Assembly (NCBI GenBank): GCA_028534125.1
Contig: CM052816.1
Location: 57,476,001-57,540,000 of the forward strand
DNA: 64,000 nt
Source of the DNA: Lama glama
Lineage: Eukaryota
Direction: 5' to 3'
This document shows positions 48,201 to 61,622 of this stretch, one piece after another. The notes under the pieces are model-generated. The model was not told the origin of the DNA, made no database searches, and saw nothing but the letters and a program-made list of their open reading frames with translations. A program made the position numbers and the translations under genes. How positions within the stretch are numbered: position 1 is the first letter of the stretch; each line of letters starts with the position of its first letter.

Positions 48201-51200
48201 AGAACCCCAGATGCTGGTCAGGGAGATGGACTGGATTTAAGAAGCTGATTCAGGACAGGTAAACCCAGAAAATAACAAAGACCTCTAAGAAAATTTCTAT
48301 ATATTATACTATGATAAAGAAGGAATTGGGTTGGAGAAAACACAGAATCATAGCTGCATATAGATGGATGCATCCTTGAAAGCTTAGGTATCCAAGTTTG
48401 CTCTTAAACCACTAGTAAAAGACAGTGGCCATCCTTATTATGACTATATCTTCAGAGATGGAGTTGCCACGTTTTCCTCACAATACTTATACCCAGGATA
48501 TTTTCTAATGTCTATCCTAAATCCTCCCTATTGAAAGTTAAGCCCATCCACTCTTAGAGAACAGTTGTCTGCTGTTTCTTTTAATATTGTGAATGATTGG
48601 AAAGAACTTCTTATTCTGCCCTCCTCATCTCCAAATCTGTATTCTAGTCCAAATTCTAATATTTTCAGCATCGCTGTTTATGAATTCTATCATCTTGTTT
48701 ATTACTTCTCATATTTTCTAACCTCTCAAATAATTACACATCACCTTCTGTGTTTCTTTCTAACTGTATAATTTCTTTTCGTTTATTGTCCCTTCTCTCA
48801 TTGTTCAAATTTATAAGGTCTTTTTTCCACCTGTCTTGCATTTTTACTTCTCAAATTTTCCTTCCACAAATCCTAAATTTTAATTTTATTTAAAGTCTAA
48901 GTCCATGTACCTTTCAGTTGGATTTAATTTTCATTTTCAGGCAATCAGTATTGTCCCTTTTGTACATATGTACCTGGGCAAGGTAAGGGATCCCACTGGC
49001 TTAAATTATGCTTTGCTGGGTCTTGAGGGCTGGAGTCACACTCCAATGTGTGAAAATCCAAGGGAGAAAATTATTCCTCTACTACACTGAGTGATGTAGT
49101 TTCGAGGAACCGGATCTTTAGGGGCATATAAATGCTGTTGCTAGCAGGGAAGGAGCAGATGGAAAATAAATATACTCGAGGGCTCTGAGGCTATTACTGA
49201 TGCTGGAGGCAGGTAGTCAGGCAACAGGAAGTAAATACAGCATAACAGTAGGGAAAAGATATTTACCTTTGGTCCCTTGAGCAACGCAAGTCAGGAGCTA
49301 GGGAAAGATTGTCTCAGGGCTTCTGCATGGGGCAGCCTTAACAGGTGGCTTGTAGAGGTTTCTAGCTATATAGCGTTTGATCTGAGCAGCTGCATTTTGC
49401 AGACCTGAAAATAGCCTGAAAATGAGTTTTCTCAGTCCCAAGAGTTGCATAAAGCAGAGCTAGTGAGAGAGACAACAGCTGGACATCAATGATATTTGAA
49501 CAGCTCTTTACAAAGTACTTTCCATGCCCATTGTTGTAAGGGAACTTTGTAACAACCCTGTGAGATGTGAAGGGCAGATATCACTAATGCCCTGTTGTAT
49601 AGATGAAGGAACCAATGCTCAAGGAACTTAAATAAATCACCCTAAGTCATGTACTTAGTTTTAGTGTTATCCCATGCTTCTTTATTGTTATCCCATGCTT
49701 TAGTGTTATACCCAGGGCATAAGAGACTGAGGGTAGAATTGGATCCTAATAACAGTTTATAAGCAGTATTATTCTTTACTCACCAAATTTTAGGAATTTC
49801 AGATGTCCTAAAATTCAATAATAACAACAACAACAATAGTAATTATCATAAAAACACAGCTCCCATTGTTTAAGCATTTATTTACATGTTATGTAAAAGT
49901 CACAGCAAACCTAACATGTAAGAGTGATGTTACTATCTCTATTTAGCAGATGAAAAAAATGAGGTCCAGAGAGGTTTAGTATTTTGTCCAAGATAACACA
50001 GCTAGTAAGTGACTGATATAAGATTATAACTGAAGTATATATAATTCCAAATCACATATTTCCATCAGGAAAGATTCAGGGGCTAATTTAAGGAGTCCTC
50101 AGGGATGTCCTCTTGTGCTCTTAAGCACAGTCCTACTGGATACAATAGTAGTTTTTCCTTTCTCAGGTAGTGGCCCCATGGGGCTGCTCTGACTCTTGCT
50201 CTTGGTTGATGTGATTCTCTGTCCATGGTATCTCTGGCTGTTTCATCCCTGACACCACTACTGTTCCTTGTTACATTGTGCTCTGGCACTCCAGTGAAGG
50301 ACGGGCCCAGTATGAACTATTTCCCAAGCAGCATGGCCTGGTGCTCTGGTTTCTTATAGAGATTTCAACAGTAAAGCCCTTTATCTCTCTTCTAGAGAAC
50401 TTGGGCATGAACCCAGGGAAGCAGGGCCAAAGGGCTCACTAGTATGCCCTTTACTCCGCCCATAACTGCTCTTCTTTTTCAACAGCTACTTCTCATCTTT
50501 ACACAAGCTACTTCTCATCTTTACACAAATCACATTATCCCTCAAATCTCCCATCTCTTAGCAGCACACTCTTGTTTTTCATTTAGTTAGAGCCCAGTGG
50601 GCCAGTCGCACATGGCCAAGTGTGTCAGACCTCTTATAATTAATACACCCCTAGACCCTTAAACTTGAAGACCCATTACTCTTATTATTATGACCATTGC
50701 TTGTTATTTATGTATTGGATCCTCTTCTGTTAAATTGTGTTTGTGTTATTTTTTAGATAACTTGTCTTTGCAGTCATATATACAGTGGATTGCTTGATAT
50801 GTAGTTTATTACATGAATAAATGAATGAGTGTAGATAAACAAAACCAAGTAGTTTTTAGTTTTTGCTGATTTTAGACTAGATTCCTATCAGAATCCTTAA
50901 TTCAGCTCATCTCATTTATGCCTCAGGGTATTTGTACTTGTTCCTTTATCCCAAAGTGTTCTTCTGTAGAGTTTTGCATGGCTTCCTCCCTCCCTTTGTT
51001 CAAATCCAATGTAACCTCCTCAGAGAGGCCTTCCTTCCCTGACAACTCCTAAAATATTGCCCCTTGAAGCTCTCTGTCCCCTTATTCTGATTTAGTTTTT
51101 CCTCAATAGAATTATTTTATGTTGGCTTATTGTCTATTTTACCGACTCAGTTACATGAAGGTTGAGACCTTTGCTTTGTTCCCTGCTATATCTCTACAAC

Positions 51201-51644
51201 TTTGAATAGCCACCAGCAGATAGGAGCTCAATAAATATTTGTGGAATGGGTGAATTAAAGAGAGAAAGACTCCCCAAAAGGGGTGTGTGTGCCCATATGC
51301 AGAGGCTTCCTTAGTCTTCATTAGGTACTACTCTAGTGAAGACATTCAAAGTTCAACAGTCTGGTAACATCTAAAATGTTGACTCCTCAAATAAGTTAAT
51401 CGTTTATTGATCTCTTCTTGTTTCTTCTTGAAAATGTGCACCTAGATCTATAAAACTCTTAGTTCAGAGTCCATTATTTCTTGGTGTTTACAGCTGGGCA
51501 GCTTCATGATGAATGACAACTTGTATTAAAACCTGGTTTATCTGCCATCAAAAGGAAAAAGTAGACTTTCATGTAATGTAAACTTGTTTTTAAATATCCT
51601 TAGACTAAAAACCCCTATATTGCTGGCATTAAAATATTTAACAA

Positions 51645-54600
51645 TTTTTTGGACTTTGCTTCTCACCATGATGAAGTAATACTATTTAGATTTACCCTCT
51701 TGCTTGAAGTAAGTGAAAAGCAGGACAAAATATCTGAAACAATAGTTCTTAAGATACTGGACACCAGATAATGAAAAACAGTAAAAAAACAAACAATGTG
51801 AGTCCTACAGTTGCCCCAGCTTACTGTCTTGAGGCAGTCTCTAGGCTCTGGTGTAGGGAGGGGAACTTAGGGCAGAGGTCAGCAGTCTCCACAAGTTTAA
51901 GGGGCTAAAGCTGGAATTCAGGTAGGCAAAATGGTCAAGAGTTCACAGGACAGAGTACCAGAGAGGAGACAGATGCACACAGAAAGAATTTCAGAGATCT
52001 GCAAAGGATCCCCTTGAGTAACCTGACCACATCCCAGAACAAATGTCAACAACATGGTGAATATATGGCATCCAGTAGAAAGTTACCAGCAAAGAAATAG
52101 GGACATTCAATCCATAGTAAGATTAAAAAGTTTATTCAGAGAACCTTAACAAAAAAAGAGACAAATTATACAATTAGTATACAAAGACACTAAAACAGCA
52201 GTAACAATCACTGTATATTCAAGAAACTAAAGGAGAGATTGAACATATTAAGTATAGACACAAAAGATACAAAAAAGACCCAAATTGAAATTCTGGAGAT
52301 GAAAAACATAAGGTTTGTTAATGGCAGATTAGGTTCCACAGAAGAAAAGATAGTGAACTTGAAGGTATAATAATAGAAATTATCCCAACACAGAAAAAAG
52401 AAAAAATAGACAAATTTACAGTTATAATTGGAGGTTGCAACAGTCATCTCTTAAAAATTGTTAGAATAAGTAGACTAAAATTCGGTAAAAATATAGAAGA
52501 CTTGAATAGCACTTTCATAAACTTGACCTGATATTTATAGAACACTCCACTCAATAACAGCAAAATACACATTCTTTTCAAGAACACACAAAACATTTAC
52601 CAAGGCAGACCATATTTTGGACTGTATAACAAATCTCTATATATGTAAAATAATTCAAGTCACATAAAGTATGTTCTCTGACCACAGGTGATTTAAATTA
52701 GAAATCAACAGAATTATATCTGTAAAATCCCCAAACTTTTTGAAAATAAACATAATTTTAATTAATCTATGGGTCCAAGAAGAAATTTTTTTAATTAGAA
52801 AATGTTTTGAATAGAAGAAAATGAAATATATCAATATTCACGGGGTGCAGCTTAGAAAATATAACGGAAAATTTATAGCACTAAACAGTATAGGAGAAAG
52901 GTCTCAAATCTATGACCTTAGTTTTTACCTTAAGAAACTTGTAAAAGAAGAGCAAAGGAAATCCAAATAGACAAACTAAGGAAATAGTAATGATCAGATT
53001 GCAATTCAAGGACAAAGAAAACAGAAAAACAATAAAGAAAAATTAATGAAACCAAAAATTGAAGTCACTGAGATTCCTAACCCTTTAGCCAGATTGATCA
53101 GGATTGAGAGAGGTGACATCACTACAGATTGTAGAAACAGTACAAGATTAACAAGAGAATACTACGAACAGCTTTTTGCCAAAAAAGTCAACAACTTACA
53201 TTAAATGGACAACTTTCTTGAAAGACATTACCAAAATTTACTCAAGAAGAAATAATAACCTAAAAATTTCTCTAGCTATTAAATTTGAGTTTGTAGTAAA
53301 TACCTCCCACAAAGAAAAATCCAGTCTCAGATAAATTCACTAGTAAATTCTACTAAACATTTAAGAAAGAAACAGTATCAAAACAATATCAATTCTACAC
53401 AAACTCTTAATTTTTTTTAAGGACAAGGATAAGTTTAACAGTTATGCAGCAGTGGGCCACACAGATGAGAGGTGCCTGTGTGAGCCTACACAAGCTCTTC
53501 TAGAAAACTGAAAAGTAGAGAATACTTTCCAACATATTGCATGAGGCCAGCATTACTCTGATACCAAAACCTTACAAAAACATTAGGAGAAAAAAAAAAT
53601 CACAAACCTGTCTGGTTCCTGGCCAAAGTTCTATTTGTGATCTTTCAGGCCTGACCATAGGTAATAACAAAGGCTTTACCTAGCAGGCATCATGGGAAGA
53701 AGCTGCCATCTCCACACTAGATTTGTGCTGCAGTCTCTAAAGGGAGTTGCAATCAAGGACTCAGGCTACCCTGACTGACCGAGCTCTTATGCATAGCTGC
53801 ATTCCTAGCCCAGGTGTCTGTATTTGGGGCCTCTTTATTGGCGGGCCTTGGTCAAGGCCTTCTTCAGACATTTCTGCCAACTTACTGGGATTGGGGGAGG
53901 AAGGGGATGGATTTAAAGACATTTTTCTTCACTCCTACTTAATACTTAGTGCTTTTAATGTGGGGCCACCTCAACAGTGAGACAGTTACTCATCTGTGCT
54001 GTTATCTCAAAAGATGTGAAAAAAGCATTTGACAAAGTCCAATATCCACTCCTGATTTTAAAAAAATCTCTTAGCACACTAGGAATAGAAAGGGAACTTT
54101 TTCAACCTAATTAAGGGCATTTATGAACAACATACAGTTAATATCATCCTTAAAGGCAAACACTTTCTTCCTAAGATCAGGTACAAAACAAGGTTGTTAT
54201 CATATTTATATGCAACTGGATGTTCTAGTCAGTGCAATAAGGCAAGAAAAAGAAATTAAAAGTATCTAAATTAGAGAAGGAGATGTAAAATTGATCACAG
54301 ATCATCTCTGTCTTATGGAAAATTTTATGGGTGCTGCAAAAAAGTTATTAGAACTAATACATGATTTTGCAAGTTTCCAGGATACAAGATCAACATACAA
54401 ATAGAATTGTATTTTTATATACTAGCAACAGACAATGTGAAGTTGAATTTAAAAAGCAGTATCACTTACAATAACATCAAAAGTATGAACTATTTAGGGA
54501 TAAATCTGACAAAAGATATTCAAGACAGGCAAGGCCTGTATATTGAAAACTACAAAATATTGATGAGAGAGATTAAGAAGACCTAAACAATTGGAAAGAT

Positions 54601-56170
54601 ATACTGTCTCCATGGATTGGAAGACTCAATATTTTAAAGATTCCAATTCTCGAGTTGAGTCATAGACTCAATGCAATACAAATCTAAATTTCAGTAGGTT
54701 TTAGATAGAAATTGACAAGCTGGTTATAAAATTCATATGAAAATGCAGAGACTGGAATAGTCAAACAACTTTCAAAAGAACAACATTGGAAGATAATGCG
54801 ACCTGATTCTAAGACTTACTATGCAGCTACACTAATCAAGTCAGTGTGGTACTGTAATAAAAATGAACAGATAGATCAATGGAACAGAATAGGGGTCCAG
54901 AACTAGACCTATACATATAGATTCAACTGAGTTTTGACAAGGTAGCAAAGGCAATTCAGTGAAGAAAAGATATTCATTTCAACAAATGCTGTTATAATAG
55001 GATATGAAAGAAAAAATACCCTCACATCTTATACAAAAATTATACAATATACAAAAATTTTGTAGTACCTATAAAATGTTTGCTCAATTAATTGGATCAA
55101 AATGGACCACAGACACAAATGTAAAACCTAAAACAAAAAGAAAAAGAGGGGGCTAGAAAAAATATAGGCAAAGATTTCTTAGCTACAACATCAAAAATAT
55201 GATCCATAAAAGAACAAATTAAATCAGACTTCTTCAAAATTCAGAACTTCTGCTCTTCAAAATACAATGTTAAGAGAATGAAAACGCAAGCCACAGACTG
55301 GGAGAAAATATTTGTAATTCATATATATAATAAAGGATTTGTATCAGGAATATATAAAGAACTCTCCAAACTTATAATAAGAAAAACTTAATAATAAGAG
55401 AACAACCCAATTAAAAACAGGCAAAGGATTTGGACAGATGTTTTGCTGAGAAAATCTATGTGGATGGCAAATAAGCACTTAGTAATATGCCTAGTATCAT
55501 TAGTTATTAGGGAAGTCCAAATTAAAAGTACATTGAGATACTGTTACTTAATTTAAAATGACTGACTCTGCCATGTGGTGTGGATATGGAGCAACTGGAA
55601 TTCTCATACACTGCTAGCCGAATTGTAAAATGGTATGACCACTTTGAAAGACAGTTTGGCAGTTTCTTAAAATGTTAAACATATGCCTTCTGTATGATCA
55701 TTCTAATACTAGGTATTTCTACAAAAGAAGTGAGAGGATATGTCCTTACAAAGATTGATACACGAATATAAGACCTTTATTTTTAATAGCCCCAAATTGG
55801 AAATAACTTAAATATCTATTAATGGGTGAACAAAGAAGTTGTGATATATTCATATAATAGAATTCTATTCAGCAACTTTAAAAGAATGAACTATTGATAT
55901 GATGTATATGAACTTCAAAATAATTATGCCAAGTAAAAGAGGTCAAACAAAAAAGAGTACATAATGTATGATCCATTTATAGAAAATTGTAGAAAATGCA
56001 AACTAATCTACAATGATAGGAAGCAGATCCGTAGTTGCTAAGAAATTGGTTGTGGGATCAGAGAGATGCAAGAGGGAGGCAATCCAAAGAGGCACAAGCA
56101 ATCTTTCAGGGGTAATGAGTATCTTAATTGTGATGACGGTTTCACAGATGTTCACATGTGTCAAAACTTA
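51645..56170 (+). mobile_element. Old near-full-span L1 (L1MC/MD-like), heavily deleted
   Basis: 5' UTR-like start, then EN/RT remnants (ttctctgaccac, ccagcattactctgataccaaaacc, catggattggaagactcaatat, agatcaatggaacagaatag) and 3' UTR (gcaaactaatctacaatgatag...gtcaaaactta). Confidence 0.85.
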
Positions 56171-57626
56171 ACTACACAGCCTCAAAATGAACTCAGACGA
56201 ATATAAACGATTCAGCCTATACCTTAGATTTGGTCTGCCCTTCAGGTTCTTCTGGCCCTTCTCTCTGCTGTTAGCTTTCACCACCTCCTGCCAACAGCAT
56301 GTCCTCCTCTAATCTGAAACTTTATTTCATGCACTATTGGCCTCAAGTGTGTTGCTAAACTTTCTACAGAATAAAGCTCACAGGCCATCTCAGCAGGCGC
56401 TTTCATTCTTTACTTCCCGGTACTAAGAAATTCTCACTCACTCTACTTCCTTGGGCTGCATCCAGCCGTCTCTCCTTCTTCATTTTCAAGATGAAACCCA
56501 GCTGATGGGAATCTATCGCCTTTCAAAAGCTTGGCCAGTAAGCAATCCCTGTTTAGTAAACGAATGAATGAAAAAATGATTAAATAATTCTGCAACCTGA
56601 AATGTGCTACCTTCTTTTTTGTCCTTGTATTTGAGTGGCTGATCTTTCAATACTGTATTTTTAAAGAGTTCTGCTCTGCAGGATCTCACTGTTGCTCATC
56701 ATGATGGGACATTAAAAACCAGGGCTCTAAGGTGTTAGTCACATTACATTGTAAGCATCTAAGTTGCAGAGATGAAAGAACAGCCTTGTGACGACTGTGA
56801 AAAAAATGGCATGAACCTGGTTTTGTTGTCAGCTCTAGGCATATGAAGATTGGAATAATTTTTGTTTGCCAAGCAGAGAGCTAGGTATTTTCATATTACT
56901 TTTTCTTCTCTTCATCATCCTAAAAGTTTTAAGTTCTTTCTGGTGCCTCTTTTGATTATTTGGTTTGAATGCAGCAAGGCTTTCTCTGCAGGTTTGCTGA
57001 CAGCTCTTCATTGAACTTTCCTGGGAACAAGCATGATAATGGCATATTTAGTGTCGGTCTAAGCCATTGATTTGGGTTTGTGATGTTTGCTGGAACATTG
57101 TGTCCTGAATAAAACATAAAAACACACTAAAATGTAACCTTAGAAACTGAATATCTAAATAGTCATGAATGAGAGAGCATAATCCAATTATTTTTTTTCC
57201 CCTGGAGTATCCAGAATGCATAAATTTAAATCTATTGGATCGGTATTTGATTTTAAGAAGTGTTATATTTCAGGAAAATTCCTTTTAAGAACACATAGAA
57301 AATATACATAAAGACATCTGAAAAGTTTCATGCTAAAAATAGCAATAAAAGGTGTAACACATATGATAATAAAAGTATTCATTGGCATTTATCATTAAAA
57401 TGTTGTTCTTTAGAAATGAATTTCTTTAATATAGATGAATTTGGTATTGCTGCTGTTCTAAAAAAATATACTGAAATAATAACCCCTGTGAGGTTGATGA
57501 TTTATTTAATCTTATTTTGCATTGTTGAAATTATTATTCTACTAATTGTATTCGTCATTAACTTAAGAATCTGTGTTCAGGAATCTTAACTTTGAGATAA
57601 TAAAACAAGGCTGAATTTTTTCCCCA

Positions 57627-58050
57627 CTGTGGTGAATTACAGCATTGGCCATAATTCTTCAACCCTCCCTGTGTCCAGGTCCTTTGCTGTGTGAATTTGT
57701 AGTTCACCTTACCCCATGGGTGGGGTATATTTTCTTTGCCCTGTGATATCGTGTTTGGAGAGAATGGAGCAGACGTGACGGTGTGTCAGTTCTGAGCCCA
57801 GGTCTTAATGTGATTCTGCTTCTCTTGTGCCTCTGTTATTGCCACGAGAAGAACATGCCTAGTTTGGTGATAGAAGGAAAAAGATGAGGGACACATGGAG
57901 CAGAGCCATTCAAGCTGAGCCCAGCTTAGATCAGCTGATTCCTGGCCAACTCACAGATATGCAAGTTAAATGAATGCCTATTGTTATATGCCACAGAGAT
58001 TTTATGGTTATTTGTCATACAACATTATTGAAGTAACAGCTTACTATTAT
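57627..58050 (+). mobile_element. MaLR LTR (MLT1H-J-like)
   Basis: tgtggtgaattacagcattggccataattcttcaaccctccctgtgtcc...gccacagagattttatggttatttgtcatacaacattattg. Confidence 0.7.
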
Positions 58051-58513
58051 ATCCACAGATAAGTAAAATTTCAGTGTCAATGTCAAAAATGGTTATCCAT
58101 AGTGAGTTTTCTAAACATTTGTAGTAAAATGAGATATATAAATGTTTTGCTTGTGTGTTAAGTTCCTAGATTAGAAATAATCATGGCATCAATTTCTTGG
58201 AGATACAGAAGTTAATCAAACCATGATAATATTAAATTAAATAAGTAATATGGAAAGCTTAAAATTTGGGTTGTGACTATGAATTACCCATTAATCTTTT
58301 ATTCAATGCCTATTAGTAGACATTCAGTAGGTGTTTGGTTTTTTTTTTTTTCTGTAGGTATTTGTTGAATGAATAAATGAATGAGTTGAGTTTCTTTTCC
58401 TTTCTTAGTTTTATTTTCCTCTTAACAGTTTATAACAAAAAGGCAAACATTTAAAGAAGAGTCTTCAAACAACAAACAAACCAATCAGCAATTCAATAAA
58501 TCCTTGCTCTAGG

Positions 58514-58706
58514 TCAGTGGTTCTCACCTGAATGTTACTTTGCATCCCAGGGGACATTTGGCAATGTCTGGAGACATTTTTGGTTGTCGTAACTGGAGGG
58601 CAGTATGCTAATGACATCTTGTAGGTAGTGGCCAAGGGTATTGTCAAACATTCTACAGTGCACAGAATAGGTCCGTACAATAAAGGGTTATTTAGCCCAA
58701 ATAATG
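58514..58706. mobile_element. hAT-Charlie MITE (MER20-like)
   Basis: cagtggttctca...ccaggggacatttggcaatgtctggagacatttttggttgtc...aaacattctacagtgcacag. Confidence 0.85.
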
Positions 58707-59763
58707 TTTGTGTGTCCTTTTAGTTTTTGGTTTTCTTTTGTCCTGCAGGGTCCTGAATCTTTCTCTCATGTTTCTTTTTGCCTTCTCTGTGAAGTATCCA
58801 AAGATTGCCTCTACTGTTTTTATTCTTTTCTCCTCCCGTCTTTCCAGAACTGTCTATTTGAATCTCATGTCCCTTTTCAGTATCTTCCTTGTAGTCAGTA
58901 CTTTAATGTACCAGAATTTTTTCAATATTTTGACACTCAAGATAGACTTTCTGGGAGCTATTTTAGCTTAATTCCCTCTTTTTCCTTCCATGCAGATTTT
59001 CTGAAAGTCCCTCCCTAGGTCTCTGCAAAGGCTTGCGCTGGAAGATCTAGATATAGTACTATTGTAAATTGATGTGCTTTTCCCTCAATTACAGATAATT
59101 TAAAGTTTGTAATGTTACTGGTTTTTTAGTTTTGATGAGGTGTGGGATTATGTGTGTGTCTTTTTTCTTGTGGTTGACCTGTATAGTTTTTTGGTGGACA
59201 TATGCAGAGATTCAGATTTAGGTGGCCACCATTATCTCAGCTATGCAGAAATGATGCCACTTGTCTTTTAACTTTGCTTATAGTATCCTTGCAGAACAGA
59301 AGTTTTGCAGTTTTATGCAATGAAATCTGTCTCTATTTATTGCTTATGGAATTGCTTATGCTTGAGAAAGTTTACCTCTCCTCATAATTCTAAAACTGTA
59401 ATCTCATATTTTCCCAGTAAGATTTTTTTTAGTAATAAAAATTATAAATCTGAATGTATTTATGATGTGGGAGATAGGAATCTAACTTCAATTTTTTCTA
59501 TGGTTTTTAAAGTAAGTAGTTATATAATATAAAATAACATTATTTCAGGGTGGTTATGGATCCTTCTCAAATTCTTAGGCTAATGAAATAGTAAAGCCTG
59601 TTAGGAAATGTGTAAAGGATTCTGATATGAAAATGCCTCGAAGGCAGGAGCCAAAACTTGGGATCCACAACTGAATCAAAGTTCATTAAAGAGAGGTTGA
59701 GATCAACATTAATAAGAAATGTACCCCTTTTTAAAGTTTTATTGTCTTTTAAGATTATTATTA

Positions 59764-59832
59764 ATAGAGGTACTGGGGATTGAACCCAGTACATGCTAAG
59801 TGTATGCTCTAACACTGAGCTATACTCTCCCC
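59764..59832 (-). mobile_element. Short tRNA-derived SINE copy
   Basis: gaggtactggggattgaacccag...ctaacactgagctatactctcccc, with an internal deletion relative to the other copies. Confidence 0.8.
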
Positions 59833-60189
59833 TATTCCAACTTGTTAATAACCATTTAAAGCATTTACAGACTAGCAAATGATTGTGCTTTATGCACTCA
59901 GTCAGGAATGGCAAATAAATTTTGATTCATGTGTCGGCCCCAATTGATTGATAATGGCTGCCTGGAACTCTGGGTTAGGAAGGGTTGTGAGCCTAAATTT
60001 GTGCTCAGTTGGAAAGAAGGATATAATGACTATTGACGGTTAGAAGTAGGCTGGAGGTGTTGTGAATGTGGCACACTTACCTACCCTCATAAGCATTTGT
60101 TGTGATCATTATTACCTGGGATGGTGTCTGGCATATGACAGAGGACAGAAGCTAGGCTGTTTGGGTTTCAGTCCTGGCTCTGCCATAGT

Positions 60190-60546
60190 GTTTGTTTGTT
60201 GGGGGTAGTATAACAAAGAATCACACACTGGGTGTCTTATATACAACAGAAATTTATTTCTCATCGTTCTGGAGGCCAGGAAGCCCAAGCTCAAGGTGCC
60301 AGCATGGTTGAGTTCTGGTGACAGCCCTCTTCCTAGTTTATGGCTGGAGACTTCTTACGTGTTCTTATATGGTGTACAGGGCAGGGTGCTCTCTGGGGTC
60401 TCTTTTATAAGGCACTGATCCCATTCATGAGATCTACCCATATGATCTAGGCACCTCCTAAAGGCCCTACCTCCTGATACCACCATCTTGGGGGTTAGGA
60501 TTTCAACATGTGAATTTGAGGGGACACAAACGTTCGGACTATAGCA
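60190..60546 (-). mobile_element. MaLR LTR (MLT1A-like)
   Basis: caacagaaatttatttctcatcgttctggaggccaggaagcccaag...ttttataaggcactgatcccattcatga...ggacacaaacgttcggactatagca. Confidence 0.85.
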
Positions 60547-60670
60547 GTCATATGCAAGCTGTAGTACTTTATATAAATTATTTAGCCTCTCAGTATTTCA
60601 CTTTATTTATCTTTGAAGTGGGACCAATAATTGTATTTGCAGTATGAAATTGTTGTTAAGAATAATGACA

Positions 60671-61622
60671 CCACAGCAATCAGGCAAGAGAAAGAAATAA
60701 AAGGGATCCAAATTGGAAAAGAAGAAGTAAAAGTGTCATTATATGCTGATGACATGTTACTATATATAGAAAACCCTAAAAGGTCCACACAAAAGCTACT
60801 AGAGCTGATTGAAGAATTCAGCAAGGTAGCAGGTTACAAAATTAATGTTCAAAAATCAGTTGCATTTCTTTACACTAACGATAAATCAACAGAAAAAGAA
60901 AGTAAAGAAACAATCCCCTTTAAAANNNNNNNNNNNNNNNNNNNNNNNNNNNNNNNNNNNNNNNNNNNNNNNNNNNNNNNNNNNNNNNNNNNNNNNNNNN
61001 NNNNNNNNNNNNNNNNNNNNNNNNNNNNNNNNNNNNNNNNNNNNNNNNNNNNNNNNNNNNNNNNNNNNNNNNNNNNNNNNNNNNNNNNNNNNNNNNNNNN
61101 NNNNNNNNNNNNNNNNNNNNNNNNNNNNNNNNNNNNNNNNNNNNNNNNNNNNNNNNNNNNNNNNNNNNNNNNNNNNNNNNNNNNNNNNNNNNNNNNNNNN
61201 NNNNNNNNNNNNNNNNNNNNNNNNNNNNNNNNNNNNNNNNNNNNNNNNNNNNNNNNNNNNNNNNNNNNNNNNNNNNNNNNNNNNNNNNNNNNNNNNNNNN
61301 NNNNNNNNNNNNNNNNNNNNNNNNNNNNNNNNNNNNNNNNNNNNNNNNNNNNNNNNNNNNNNNNNNNNNNNNNNNNNNNNNNNNNNNNNNNNNNNNNNNN
61401 NNNNNNNNNNNNNNNNNNNNNNNNNCAAACTTGTAGAATAGATAAACAAGATTACACTGTATAGCACAGGGAAATATACACAAAATGTTATGATAAATCA
61501 CAGAGAAAAAAATGTGACAATGAGTGTGTATATGTCCATGAATGACTGAAAAATTGTGCTGAACACTGGAATTTGACACAACATTGTAAAATGATTATAA
61601 ATCAATAAAAAATGTTAAAAAA
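60671..61622 (+). mobile_element. Young 5'-truncated L1 (RT domain to poly-A) spanning a gap, with 13-bp TSD
   Basis: Open RT frame [36 protein letters not shown]. 3' UTR and A-tail follow the gap. TSD aagaataatgaca at 60658-60670 and 61623-61635, at a TT/AAGA site. Confidence 0.95.
60926..61425. other. Assembly gap (500 N)
   Basis: Run of N. Confidence 1.

Noticed and set aside
50484..50528. Short tandem duplications (agctacttctcatctttacaca x2; similar at about 385-410, 29240-29270, 49665-49700 and 55368-55398)
   Set aside because: Ordinary slippage duplications with no sign of function.
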